From NCBI GenBank assembly GCA_013265495.1, contig MU058658.1, positions 309,059 to 373,058 of the forward strand: a DNA stretch of 64,000 nt, written 5' to 3'. Positions 1-11,417 of the stretch are shown in pieces. How positions within the stretch are numbered: position 1 is the first letter of the stretch; the number at the start of each line of letters is the position of its first letter. The notes beneath the pieces were generated by a model. That model had not been told where the DNA came from. It did no database searches and saw only the letters and a program-made list of their open reading frames with translations. Both the position numbers and the translations under genes were made by a program. The stretch comes from Vicugna vicugna. Its lineage: Eukaryota.

Positions 1-248
1 GGCGGTGATACAGACTAATTGTTCAACTGCACCTGGAAACTCTGCGCTTTTTTTTTTTTCTTTCTCTGTCTGTTTGTTTCAGGCACGTCATATCTCAAAA
101 CTTAGAAAAACAAGGTTTCGGGGGGATAACTATATAAAGACAAATAAAGGACCCTCGTAAGGGCACACTGGTAAGAACACAACTACTGCAGGAGGAGAGT
201 CGGCTGACGGCCGGGAGGGGACGCGGCGTTTCCCTGAATCGGACTCAC

Positions 249-760
249 CTGTGCGGCAGCCGCCACCGGCGTCTGTGGGCGAAGGTGGGGTCCGGCCCCG
301 CGACAGCTGACGGCCGGCTGACGGCCACGCCGAGCCTCAGACCCGCCTCAGAGCAGCGGGCGCGGCGGCGCCTCCGCCGCTCCCTTGCCGCACGCGGCCC
401 GGCGTCTTCCCGAAGCCCCCGACCAGCGGACAGCTCCGAGTTTCCACAGCTGCTCGTCCCGAGAAGGCCCGCCCACCGTCCACGCCGGAAGGCCCGCCCA
501 GACGCCCTCCCCTCGCACGGAAGTGCCTCTCTCCTGAGCCGTCACGGGCCCCGCGCGCCGCACAGCCTTCCGCGTAATGGGGTTCACGGCGCTCCCGGCC
601 CCTCCTCCCGGAATGGGCCGGCCGCACCGGGACCATGGGAAGAGTGTTCCCAGGCTCAGGGGAATCGGTGTGGCTTCGCGCTTTCTCCAGGGGACGGACC
701 CAGACTCCCGTGGGAAGTCGTCTGCGCTCATCTCCTCACAGAGACGGACAGAGACGGAGT
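249..760 (-). promoter_or_regulatory. CpG-island promoter and first exon of a probable KRAB-ZNF gene that continues off the left edge
   Basis: CpG-rich, with an ETS-like CACTTCCG (- strand, ~518-525) and a consensus donor CAG|GTGAGT at 249/248. It is an inverted homolog of the promoter/exon 1 of the + strand ZNF gene at 37.5-38.0 kb. Confidence 0.75.
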
Positions 761-1104
761 ACTTCCCATCTTCCCGAAACCAGCAAGACCGTAAATGGAC
801 ACGCGGTATCACACTGTCGCTCAGACACAAAGTGCATCCAACCACAGCTAGCGTCGAACAGACCTTGTCTCGTTGCTCTTCAAACACTCGTAGGCTGCAG
901 CTTTAGACTCAATCTATGGGTTTCACCGTGTTAGGGTCAAAAGAGCAAAGACTACAGACAGGACCGCGGCGGGCAAGACAGAGGAGGGACGTGGGGCGGC
1001 CAGAAGCAGGCGGATCATGCGCTGTGTCTCCGGTTCCCTCAGAAAAAATGGAGAGCAAGTGACTGTCCCATTCAGGGACTGACATGTATTTCTTACTCCG
1101 CGTT

Positions 1105-1835
1105 TCTTTTTCACTGAAGTACAGTCAGTTTCAATATGTCAGTTTCTGGTGTACAGCACAATGGCCCAGTCGTGCGTATGCACGCATATATTCGTTTTCA
1201 TACGCTTTTTCATCAAAGGTTTTTATGAAATACTGAATATACTTCCCTGTGCTATACAGAAAAAAAATCGGCTTCTTTTAAAATCTATTCTTATATACGG
1301 TGGCTAACATTTGCAGCTCTCAAACACCCAATAATGACATCTAGAGGAAGATGGATGGACCTAGAGATCGTCATTCTAAGTGGAATAAGCCGGAAAGTGG
1401 AACTGCTGGATCGTGTGGTAGTTGCTTTTTTTTTTTTTTAACCTGAGGCTTTCCTTTTTTTTGGTATATAAATACATGTATCTCTTTTCGTATTCTTTTT
1501 CACTTACGGTTATTACAAGATGTTGACTATAACTCCCCGTGCTATACAGAAAACCTCTTTTTTAAAATCTGTTTTTGTATATAGAGGCTAACATTTGCAA
1601 ACCTCAGACTCCCAAATTCATCCCTTCCCATCCCCTTTCACCCGATAACCATACGATAGGGTTACTGTTTCTGTTTTGCAGATGAGTTCATGAGTGTCCG
1701 CTTTCTTAAATCTTTTCTTAAATTTCAATTACGAGTGATAGCACATGGCATTTTTTTTCTCTCTCTTTCTGACGATCTCTAGGTCCATCCATGTTGTTAC
1801 AAATGGCATTATTTTATTTTTTTATGGCTGAGTTT
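1105..1835 (-). mobile_element. Two stacked L1 3'-end fragments, the first with a short inverted piece (~1330-1397)
   Basis: The L1 3'UTR motifs CCCTGTGCTATACAG and GGCTAACATTTGCA occur twice. ATGGATGGACCTAGAGATCGTCATTCTAAGT lies in the opposite orientation. Confidence 0.75.
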
Positions 1836-1869
1836 TACTCCACATTTTGAAAGGGATTCAGTTTTGCTG

Positions 1870-1992
1870 CTGTTTTAAGGGGGAGCGGGAGGGATGTCAT
1901 AAGGCTTACTTTGTTTTTAACAGAGGTACTGGGAATTGAACCCACGACCTCGTGCATGCTAATCACGCACTCTAACACGCATCCTCCCCCTT
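1870..1992 (-). mobile_element. tRNA-Ala-derived SINE
   Basis: Reverse complement of ...TTAGCATGCACGAGGTCGTGGGTTCAATTCCCAGTACCTC followed by an A-rich tail. Confidence 0.85.
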
Positions 1993-2879
1993 CCTTTTCT
2001 CTACAAACTAAGATGTGCCTACCTGAAGAGAAGAATGACTTACCGCTTGACATTTTCTGCCTGGACAGTAACTCTCTGGTCACAGTTACAGCTCATATCT
2101 GTATGAGCTATACACACAGTCAGAAGCTTGTATAAGCTTTCTATATTATAAAGGGAGAGTGTGAACCTTGAGATAAAAGATTGGATTACATGATCTCCTT
2201 TCCTTGCTGGGGAGTCAATATAATTCCACCTGAGTGACAACGCATGGAGAGTGGAGATTATCTGAGAGAAGTGTCTGTGAAACGGTGACATTACTGAAAT
2301 CAATCATTATTCAGTTATTCAAAGTTTGTGGCCAAAATAGCTCTTGGCCATGGGGACAAGAGGTTAGGATCTCAGTGAACTCTGAAGGGACACTGACGTC
2401 TGAGATCCGAGGGAATGAAGCTGGCCTTGTACTAACACAGGGCACTTGGCTAGTCTGTGATGATGGCTTTCTAAATCGTGATTTATTTATTTCTTAAATC
2501 ATTGTCTTTTAGTACAACTTGAAAGGAGATGTAAGAGAGCAGCTAGCTCTGCCAGAACGCCAAAAACAAACAGGGTTTCTATGGAATCATGTTTATTCCC
2601 TCCTTAGCAAACACTCACTAAGTGCCTTCCCTATTCCAGGCACTATTTTGGCTGCATGGGACGTGTCAAGATCCAAAGCGTCCAAAACCCCTTCCCACAT
2701 GAGGCTGTCATTCTACTCAGAGGATATGGACAGTAAGAGTCAATGACAACATAGTCAATTATACAGTGCTTTTACGTGTCAGGAGTGTTAACCGAAATTT
2801 CAGAAACAAAGACCCGATTGAAACAAAGAGGCTTCCCCTCCCCTTTTTTTTCAGCCTTTCCTAGGGCTCCAGCCGAGGA

Positions 2880-5280
2880 GACACAGATTCAAGAAGCAAT
2901 CGTATATCAACAAAGGAAAGTACAAACACAACATGACCATCTCAACAGATGCAGAAAAAGCGTTTCATAAAATTCAACATGCATTCACGACAAAAAATAA
3001 ATAAACAAATAAAAACCCTTACCAGAGGCGATATAGAGGGGAACCTATCTCAACATAACAGAAGCTATTTATGATAAATCCATAGCCAACATACTACTCA
3101 ATGGTGAAAAGCAGAAAGTCTTCCCACTAAAATCTGAAACAACACAAGGATGCCCACTCTTACCCCTTCTATTTAGCACAGTATTGCAAGATGTAGCCAT
3201 AGCAAGCAGACAAGAAACAAAAGGGATTCGAATTGGAAGGTAAGAGGAAAAACTGTCACAATATGCAGAATACTGTATACAGAAAATCCTAAGGATTCCA
3301 CACAAAAACTTCTAGAGCTGATTAGTCAACTCAGCAAGCTAACAGGGTACGAGATAAAGACCAGAAATCTGTTCCATTTCTTTACCCTAACAATCAAATA
3401 TCAGAAAAGGGAAGTAAATTTTTAAAAAAAAACATCCCCTTTAAAATTGCATCAAAAAATACTCAGGAACAAATTTAACCCAGGAGGTGAAGGACTTACA
3501 CGCTGAGAAGTCTAAAACATTGATAAAGGAAATTGCAGATGATTTAAAGAAATGGCAAGGTGCAGCATGCTCTTGGACTGGCAGGATTAATGTTGTTAAA
3601 ACAGCCATGCTACCCAAAGTAGTCTACAGAATTCATGTGACCCCTGTCAGGTTACCCAGGACATTTTTCACAGAACTAAAACAAAATCCTAAAACTTACA
3701 TGGAATCACAAAAGACCCAGAACTGCCAAAGCAATACTGAAGAAAACGAACGAAGCTGGAGACGTAACCCTCCCAGACGTCAGACGATACCGCAAAGCTA
3801 CAGGAATCCAAAACAGCATGGTACTGGCACAAAAACAGACATATGGATCAGTGCAACACAACAGAGAGCCCAGAAATAGGCTCTCTGACTCACCTACGGT
3901 CAATTAATCTTTTGACCAAGGAGACAAGAATACACAACGGAGAGAAGACAGCCTCTTCAGCAAGTGGTGCTGGCAAAGCCGGACAGCCACGGGTAAATCG
4001 ATGAAGTTAGAACACTCCTTCATGGCACGCACAAAAATAAACTCAAAATGGCTTAAGGACTTAAACATAAGACAGGACACCATAAATCTCCTAAAAGAGG
4101 ACACAGGCAAAACGTTCTCTGATAGAAATCGTAGCACTGTTCTCCTAGGTCAGCCTACTGAGGCAACAGAATTAAAAGCAAGAGTAAACAGATGCAACCT
4201 AATTAAACTCATGACCTTTGGCACGGCGATGGAAATCATACACAAGACGAAAAGACAATCTACGGACTGGGAGAAAATACTTGCAAAAGAATGCAACTGA
4301 CAGGGCTTAATTTCCACAATACACAAATAGCTCATACAACTCATCAGGAAAACAACCCAATCCAAAGGTGGGCAGAAGACCTACACACACACTTCTCCAA
4401 GAATGACACACAGATGGCCAACAGGCACATGAAAACATGCTCAATATCACTATTCATCAGAGAAATGCAAATCAAAACTACCATGAGGCATCACCTCACA
4501 CCAGTCAGAGTGGCCATCATTCAAGAGTCCTCAAACGATAAATGCCGGAGAGGGTGTGGGGAAAAGGGAACCCTCCTACGCTGTGGGTGGGAACATAGTC
4601 TGGTGCAGCCATTATGGAAAACAGGAGGGAGATTCCTCAAAAGACTAAAGATAGACTTACCATAGAATCCAGGAATCCCACTCCAGGCATATATCCGGAG
4701 GGAACCTTAATTCAAAAAGATACATGCACCCAATGTCCACAGCAGCACTATTTACAACAGCCAAGACATGGAAACAACCTAAATGTCCATCCACAGATGA
4801 CTGGATAAAGAAGCTGTGGTATATTTATACAATGAAATACCACTCACCCATTAAAAATAAAATAACGCCATTTGCAGTAACATGAACGGACGAGATTATC
4901 ATACTTAGTGAAGTGAGAGAAAGACAAATATATTTTATCACTTATCTGTGTAATTGTAACAAAAGATACAAATTAACTTATTTACAAATGGAAACCGAGT
5001 CACAGACATAAAAAATATACTTATGTTTACCAAAGGTGAACGTGGGCAGGGGGAGGTAAATTCGGATTTTGAGATTGACAGGTATCAACTATCATATACA
5101 AACTAGATAAACAACAAGGTCCTACTTTATAATACAAGGAACTATATATTCAATAGCTCTTAATAAATTGCAATTTAAAAAAATATATTTATATATTTTA
5201 ACTGAATCAGTATACCAGCAACTAATACAACAGTGTAAATTAACTGTACTATACTTATGTGAAGTGTTAATTAACTATAT
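2880..5280 (+). mobile_element. 5'-truncated LINE-1 (degenerate ORF2 reverse transcriptase/C-terminal region plus 3'UTR)
   Basis: ORF fragments match L1 ORF2 ([67 protein letters not shown]). Multiple frameshifts and stops. Confidence 0.95.
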
Positions 5281-5289
5281 GTTTCAACA

Positions 5290-5690
5290 AACTTAATTTC
5301 AGCTTCCTGGTTCCAATTAAGCAAGGGTTGGTTAGGGTTTCATGACTGGGGCCTATGTGCTTGTGAGCAGCCTGTAGTCAACATCCTCCACCTGGGTGGG
5401 CGTCTTAGTTTCTCCAAAGGAACTCAAGGATATGCGTCAGATTATTACGTATAGCCCTTCAGGACCAGAGGCCCTGGGATTGTTTTCTCAACTATTTTTT
5501 AAGCTAGCATTACTTTTCTCACTTGACGATTTTTCCTATGTTTCTGCACTCTCTCACTTCTCTATAGTAACTGCTTGCCACAGCTCTTTGGAACTCAGGA
5601 AACTAAAGCTTTTTTCTAGAAACAAAAATTGGGGAACATGGTGGGGCTTTTGTACCTGAGACGGCTCTACAGGGTCCTGTTTATTTCAGG
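5290..5690 (-). mobile_element. LTR-like fragment
   Basis: Resembles an ERV LTR in reverse orientation. The family was not determined. Confidence 0.45.
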
Positions 5691-5699
5691 AACCAGTGC

Positions 5700-5960
5700 A
5701 CCACAGAGTCCCCAGTCAGGCTTCTCAGTCGCTTCGGTGCACCAGTCTCTTGTCCCGCTTTTCAATTCGGTCACGTCAGAAGGGACCCAGCACTCCAGAG
5801 GCCCAAAGAAGTGAAAACGAGCTGAGCGACTACACCAGCGCCACGGGGAAATGCGTATGTTCCGCTCACGTGGTGCGCCGGGCACGTAGACGTCCCTCTG
5901 CTCTCATTGGCTACGTCTCTGCTGCTGGTGATCGCAGTGGCTGCTGGGTAATGTAGTTCC
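5700..5960 (-). promoter_or_regulatory. Orphan paralogous ZNF promoter remnant (CCAAT box plus ZNF143/SBS-type motif)
   Basis: ATTGG at 5906-5910 and CTGGGTAATGTAGT at 5944-5957, in the same order and similar spacing as at 20120-20168 and 34040-34088. It also shares CCCGCTTTTC with those 5'UTRs. Confidence 0.7.
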
Positions 5961-8444
5961 CACATGAATTAGGCCGTTCTCCAAAATGCGATTTTTTCAC
6001 TAGGAACGCGCTGGCAATTAACCGCTTGACAGGACAGGTGAATACAATCTGTAGACTTGCTGGAAAGGTGAAAGCGAGTAAGAAAGCTGTTCTGTGGTGC
6101 GCATTCAGTGTCCTAACAAACATACCACGAGCACCTGCCGGGATTCCACCACAATAGTAGGTGCATGGACATGTTGGGAACAGCACTGCCAGCTGTTCTG
6201 TGCATAGAGCACATGCCCTGTATTTAATGATTTTGTTCTGGATACTGCCTCTGCCAGTACACCCTAAACATCTTATTATATTCACCTCTTTGCAATGCCT
6301 TCCAAAAAGCTGGCAGTTAGATTTGGAGTATGCCTTATGAGTTCTCTCTCAGGTTTGGGTGATTGAAGAACAAAAAGAGATACTGAGAATTAAAGGAATT
6401 ATTTTACATATTCAGGAAAGGGAAATGATTACTCACTGGCCACAGTCCAAAATCGTGAACAAATAATCATCGTTTATAAGAGTAACTTCCAATGAGTACA
6501 TGTGTTCTGAGGCTCGCCAGGTCAATGACAGCCTCAACAGTGAAACTTAAGCCTCTGAAAGTAAGCAGTTAGCAAATCATTGATAAGTACAAGCTTTCAA
6601 AATTCAACCAATAAGTGATGGATTATGGCTCCTCATCCCACATTCTGAAAGACCACCAATCAGCCTTAGGATCCCAGGCAACAATCAATCAACTGCCTCA
6701 CTTAAGGACCTAGCTTCTGAAAGTCAACCGGCCAATAGTAGTGACCACACTAACACGGCTCAAAGTCCAGTTCCTGAATGACTGACTCCCCAAAAGATCA
6801 CATAAGTGCAGCTCCAGCTGCTTTCTAGGAGGCTGTCTGCCAACCGCAGCTCTCCCTTGCATGCATGCAGTCCACCTTTTTTACCTCAAATATTAAGTTC
6901 AGTTGACTGTTGGCCAAAAAGTTTGCTACCTTTTCAACCTTCAACATCTGTTTATGGCTACTTATGAATTTAGAGTTAATGGCTATGTAGAGGTGGCAAA
7001 TTGGGTGGAGCTGCAAGCAATAGAAAAGGGCACAGGGAAACTTACTGGGGCCACAGATACATTCATCATCACAACAATGTGATGGTTTCAATGCCCATAC
7101 ATATATCGAAATATATCATGTTGGGCACTTTAAATAAGTGAAGTTTAATTTATGTCAGTTCCTCAATGAAGCGGTTGGGGGAAACTTTCTCCTATTAAGT
7201 GTTAAACCCTATTCCTCTTAGAATTTCAGACAACTGACAAAGCTGTACTGACTTCATCATGAATCTCTCCCCATGTCTTAGGCAACTCAACTCTGATTCT
7301 TTTGCTGCAAAACTGGGGAATGATGAAAGTATGCCCAATTGTGTCACCAAAAATAATGGCTAGCACACAAAAGATCCATCCCTGAAGTACAGAATCTCCC
7401 CTTGCTCCATGTGAGGCCTCTGCCTTGCAGTTACGGTTTGAGGGAAACAACCCAGAGAGGCAACAGGAAGCCATAAAATCTTTGGCTTCGCTGCTGTGGC
7501 AGTACATTGGCTAGAGGAGGCACAGAGGCCTGTAAGTCCTAGGGAGTTCTGTACACCCTCTTCCCAGTTACAGGGACGTTTACAGATGTCCCATTGGAAG
7601 CGCTTATCCACTCTACTTTGCTGCACCCTTCCCCCAGTTCCTATCAACACAATCACTACTTCTGTACAGAGTATGATTCTCACGCTGAGCCTTAAGCCTT
7701 ACGTCCATTTACCTGCGTGATTTTTTTTCTTTAGGACACACAGCTCCTCGGTAGGTCTCAGGAGACAGCTATCTCTCAGCAATGCTATGGGACATCCGCT
7801 ACATTCAGGGGCCCCAACTCATGACACCACCGAATATCCTGTTGTTTGCAAACCAACTGCCCCATATTCAAGTGACTCTGCAACCACAAATAATCCTCAT
7901 GTCCAGGGTATGAGATCTTGGTGCAGACGTCGTTCAGCCTTTCCTAGGAGGCCTCAGGCAGCAATGCAGCTAGGCCAGATCTGCACTGAGAGTGATGCTT
8001 TGTTCCCCTATTTTTTTCAGAGCACACAAAGGTGAGGACCCCGAAACTCTACCGTTTATTCTGGCACAGCCTAATTCTCTCCTTAACTCACAGCACACAG
8101 TAAACAGGATCCTAAGAGTAAAGGTAGGTTAAACAATAAGAGCTTTACCACAAAAATCAGCACAGTGGAGCCATAAGTTCCTGGGTTGGGTAAAACGGAG
8201 GCTGGAAAAATCTGTCCAGAATGTCATGAGACAATCAGTGAAGACCTTGAACAAGGGAAGCCTCTGTAAGCTGCCACCGAAGCCATATGGGGTCCTCTGT
8301 CCAAGGTGGGTGATGTTCACATCCAAAACAATCAAGGGGGTGGGCCATGAGGGCTCACCAAAGGGCTCACAAGGCCGGGGGAGACTCTACACAAAGAGAG
8401 ACAGCACAGCAATCTGCTCTCCCCACTTAAGAAAAACTGAGATG

Positions 8445-9810
8445 TGTAATTAAAATATAACATTTACTAGCTTCAGATGTACAACATAATGATTGTATTT
8501 GTATATACTGCAAAGTAATGACCAAAGTAAGTCTACTTAGCACAGGTACAAAATTTTCTTGTTGAGAACTTTCCTGACTTACTCTTCGCAACTTTCAAAT
8601 ATGCAATACAGTATTATTAACTATAGTCACCACACTGTACACTACATCTCCATGACTTATTTTATAACCAGAAGTCTGTACCTTTTGACCATCTTCACCT
8701 ATTTTGTAGCGGTGACTTCCAATGCTTTAGAAAAAAAATTTTTAGTTGAAGTATAACTGACAATGTTATATTAGCTTCATGTGTACACTACTAATTTGAC
8801 ATTTGACTAGTGATGAGATGATACTACAGTAGCCTAGTTACCGCCTGTCACATTTTAAGTTATTACATTACTGACTATAGTCCCTATTCTCCATATTACA
8901 TCCCAATGACATTCCTGCCCCCAGTGGCTTATTCTACAATTGGAAGTTTGTGCTTCTTAATCCACTTAATCTATTCAAACATTCCCCCACCCCTCTCCTC
9001 TCTGGCAACCGCTGGTTTGTTCTTGGTATCTATGCATCTGCTTCTGGATTGTTTTGTTCATTCAACTGTTTTGCTTTTTAGAGTCCACATTTAAGTGAAA
9101 TCGCTGACTTATTTCACTTAGCATATTACCCTCTAGGTCTACCCATATTGTCACAAATAGCAAGATTTCTGTTTTAATGGCTGAGTAATATTCCATTATA
9201 TACACGTATATATTACATCTTCTTTACCATTCATGTATCAATGGACACTTCAGTTGCTTCCATATCTTGGCAGCTGTAAATAATGTTACAATGAACATAG
9301 AGATGTATATTTCTTTTCAATTTAGTGTTTTTGTTTTCTTCAGGTAAATACCCAGGATTGGAATCACTGGGTTGAATGTAGCTGTATTTTTAATTTCTTA
9401 AGGAACTTTCACACTTTGGCATAGTGGCTGGACCAACTTAACATTCCTACCAATAGCAAATGAGGGTGCCTTTTTCTCCACATCCTCACCAACACTTGTT
9501 ATTTGCTGTCTTCTTGACAGTAACCATTGTGACAGGCGTAGGGGTGACTGCTCATTGTGATTTTGATTTGCATCTGCCTGATCAGTGAAGTACAGCATCT
9601 TTTCATGTGCTTGTTGGCCAGCTGCATGTCTTCTCTGAGAAAATGCATGTTCAGGTCCTCTGCCCATTTTTTAATCCAATTTTTTTTGACATTAAGTTGT
9701 ATAAATTCTCCATATATTCTGGTTATTAGCCCTTTACTGGCTTTGTGATTTGCAAATATCTTCTCTTACTCAGGAGGTTGTCTTTTCATTTTGCTGCTGT
9801 TTCCCTTCAC
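8445..9810 (-). mobile_element. L1 3'-end fragments (two adjacent pieces)
   Basis: Typical L1 3'UTR/ORF2-end reverse complement (GGCTGAGTAATATTCCATT, TTTCTCCACATCCTCACCAACACTTG). Confidence 0.9.
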
Positions 9811-10134
9811 AGTGTCTGAGTATTTTAGAGACTGAGGTGGTTCACACTGCAGCTCCCTGCCAGGTGACAGACGGAACTCCAGTCACGGCCCCAAGCGGGT
9901 CTGAAAGTGCAACACAGTTCACCAAAGCTTCCCACATACCTGGCACTTACTGCGAATCTCCCTAGTGAGGATGTTTGGACATATGAGATGTAATTTCTGG
10001 CAGATACCTCCTTCACAGAGGTAACCTCCAGAGATTTCCTCTGTTATGTTAAAAGCAAAGCACACAGTGGCCCACATGTAACGTCTTTCTCCAGTGTCAA
10101 CTTCCTGCTGCTGATACCTTGGTACACGGCAGCT

Positions 10135-11390
10135 CTTAGAAGAAAACTGAGGAAAAAAGCATCCTGACACTGGGTGGCTTTGGCGATAATTTCTTGGACA
10201 TGACACCAAAGGCAGAGGCAACAAGAACAGGAATAAATGGGACTAAACTGGAATCTAAAACGTCTGTGCGAAAAAGGACTAAACGGACAGAATGCAAAGG
10301 GAACCCTTGGAGTAGAAGAAAATATTTGTAAACTATCTGGTAACAGGTTATTACCCAGAGTATATAAAGAATTCCTATATCCAAGTAACAGTAATAATAA
10401 CAACCCCATTTAAAAATGGGCAAAGGATTGGAAGAGACATTTTCCCAAAGAATATACACAGCCAACAAGCAGACGAAAAAATGTTCAATATCATTAAATG
10501 CAAAACAAAACCACAATGAAATATCCCCTCATGCCCCTTAGGCTAGTGTTATAAAAAATAAAACAAGAAAACAAGTGTTGGGGGAGGGTACAGCTCATAT
10601 GGTAGCATGCATGCCTAGCATATACAAGGTCTTGGGTTCAATCCCCAGTACCTCCTCTAAAAATAAATAAATAAGCCTAATTACCTCAAAAAAATACTAA
10701 AAAGGAAAGAAAGAAAAAGAAAAGAAAAGAAAAGAAGAAATGTCGGCAAGGGTGTAGAGAAATTAGAACCTCCAAGCTGTACCTGTAAAATGGTACAGCT
10801 ACTATGGAAAACAGCCCCTCAGTTCCTCAAAAAAAATTAAATATTCAATTACCATATGATCTGACAATTCCGAGTATATACCTAAACAGAACTGAAAACA
10901 GGGCCTCAAAGAAATATGTGTGCAATCATGCTTATAAAAGCATTATTTGCAACAGCCAAATTGCGAAAGCAACCCAACAGTCCACTGATAAATGGATACA
11001 GAAAAAGTGGCCTAGACACAGAATGGAGTAGTAGGCAAAAAGGAAGGCAATCCTGACACCTGCCGGAACATAGATGAACCTTGAGGACATTATGCTCAGT
11101 GAAAAAGCCAGCCAACAAAGGAGAAAAACATTGTGACTTTTATATAAGGTACCAGAGTGGCCAAATGCACAGGCAGAAAGCAGAGCGTGGCTGTCAGGGG
11201 ATAAGGGGGGGAGGGGGGGTGAGGCGCTCTTGTCTAACGGGCTTAGTTTCTGTTGTGTAAGATGAAAAGACTTCTGAATATTTGCACAAGGTGTGAATGT
11301 ATTATTACTACTGAGCTTACACTTAAATGTGGTTAAGATCATAAATTTGGTTACACGTAGTTTTCCACCATTAAAGGTTTTTAAAAACCC
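10135..11390 (+). mobile_element. Old L1 3' fragment, interrupted by a SINE
   Basis: L1 ORF2-end/3'UTR motifs (AAATGGGCAAAGGA, ATGAACCTTGAGGACATTATGCTCAGTGAA). Confidence 0.9.
10580..10740 (+). mobile_element. tRNA-Ala-derived SINE
   Basis: GGGGAGGGTACAGCTCA...GGGTTCAATCCCCAGTACCTCC followed by an A-rich tail. Confidence 0.9.
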
Positions 11391-11417
11391 TGCAGAGCAA
11401 CACCTCACAGTGCTAAG

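Noticed and set aside
285..934. ORFs of 100-220 aa in CpG islands (also 19.4-20.1, 33.2-34.1, 37.4-38.2 and 50.8-51.5 kb)
   Set aside because: GC-rich sequence is depleted of stop codons; the products are low-complexity Arg/Pro/Gly/Ala with no recognisable domain.
3487..4808. L1 ORF2 fragments as functional genes
   Set aside because: 5'-truncated, with multiple frameshifts and stops.
7226..8453. Possible processed pseudogene or vomeronasal receptor remnant
   Set aside because: No recognisable protein or 7TM motif; part of the region aligns better with the ZNF 3'UTR module.
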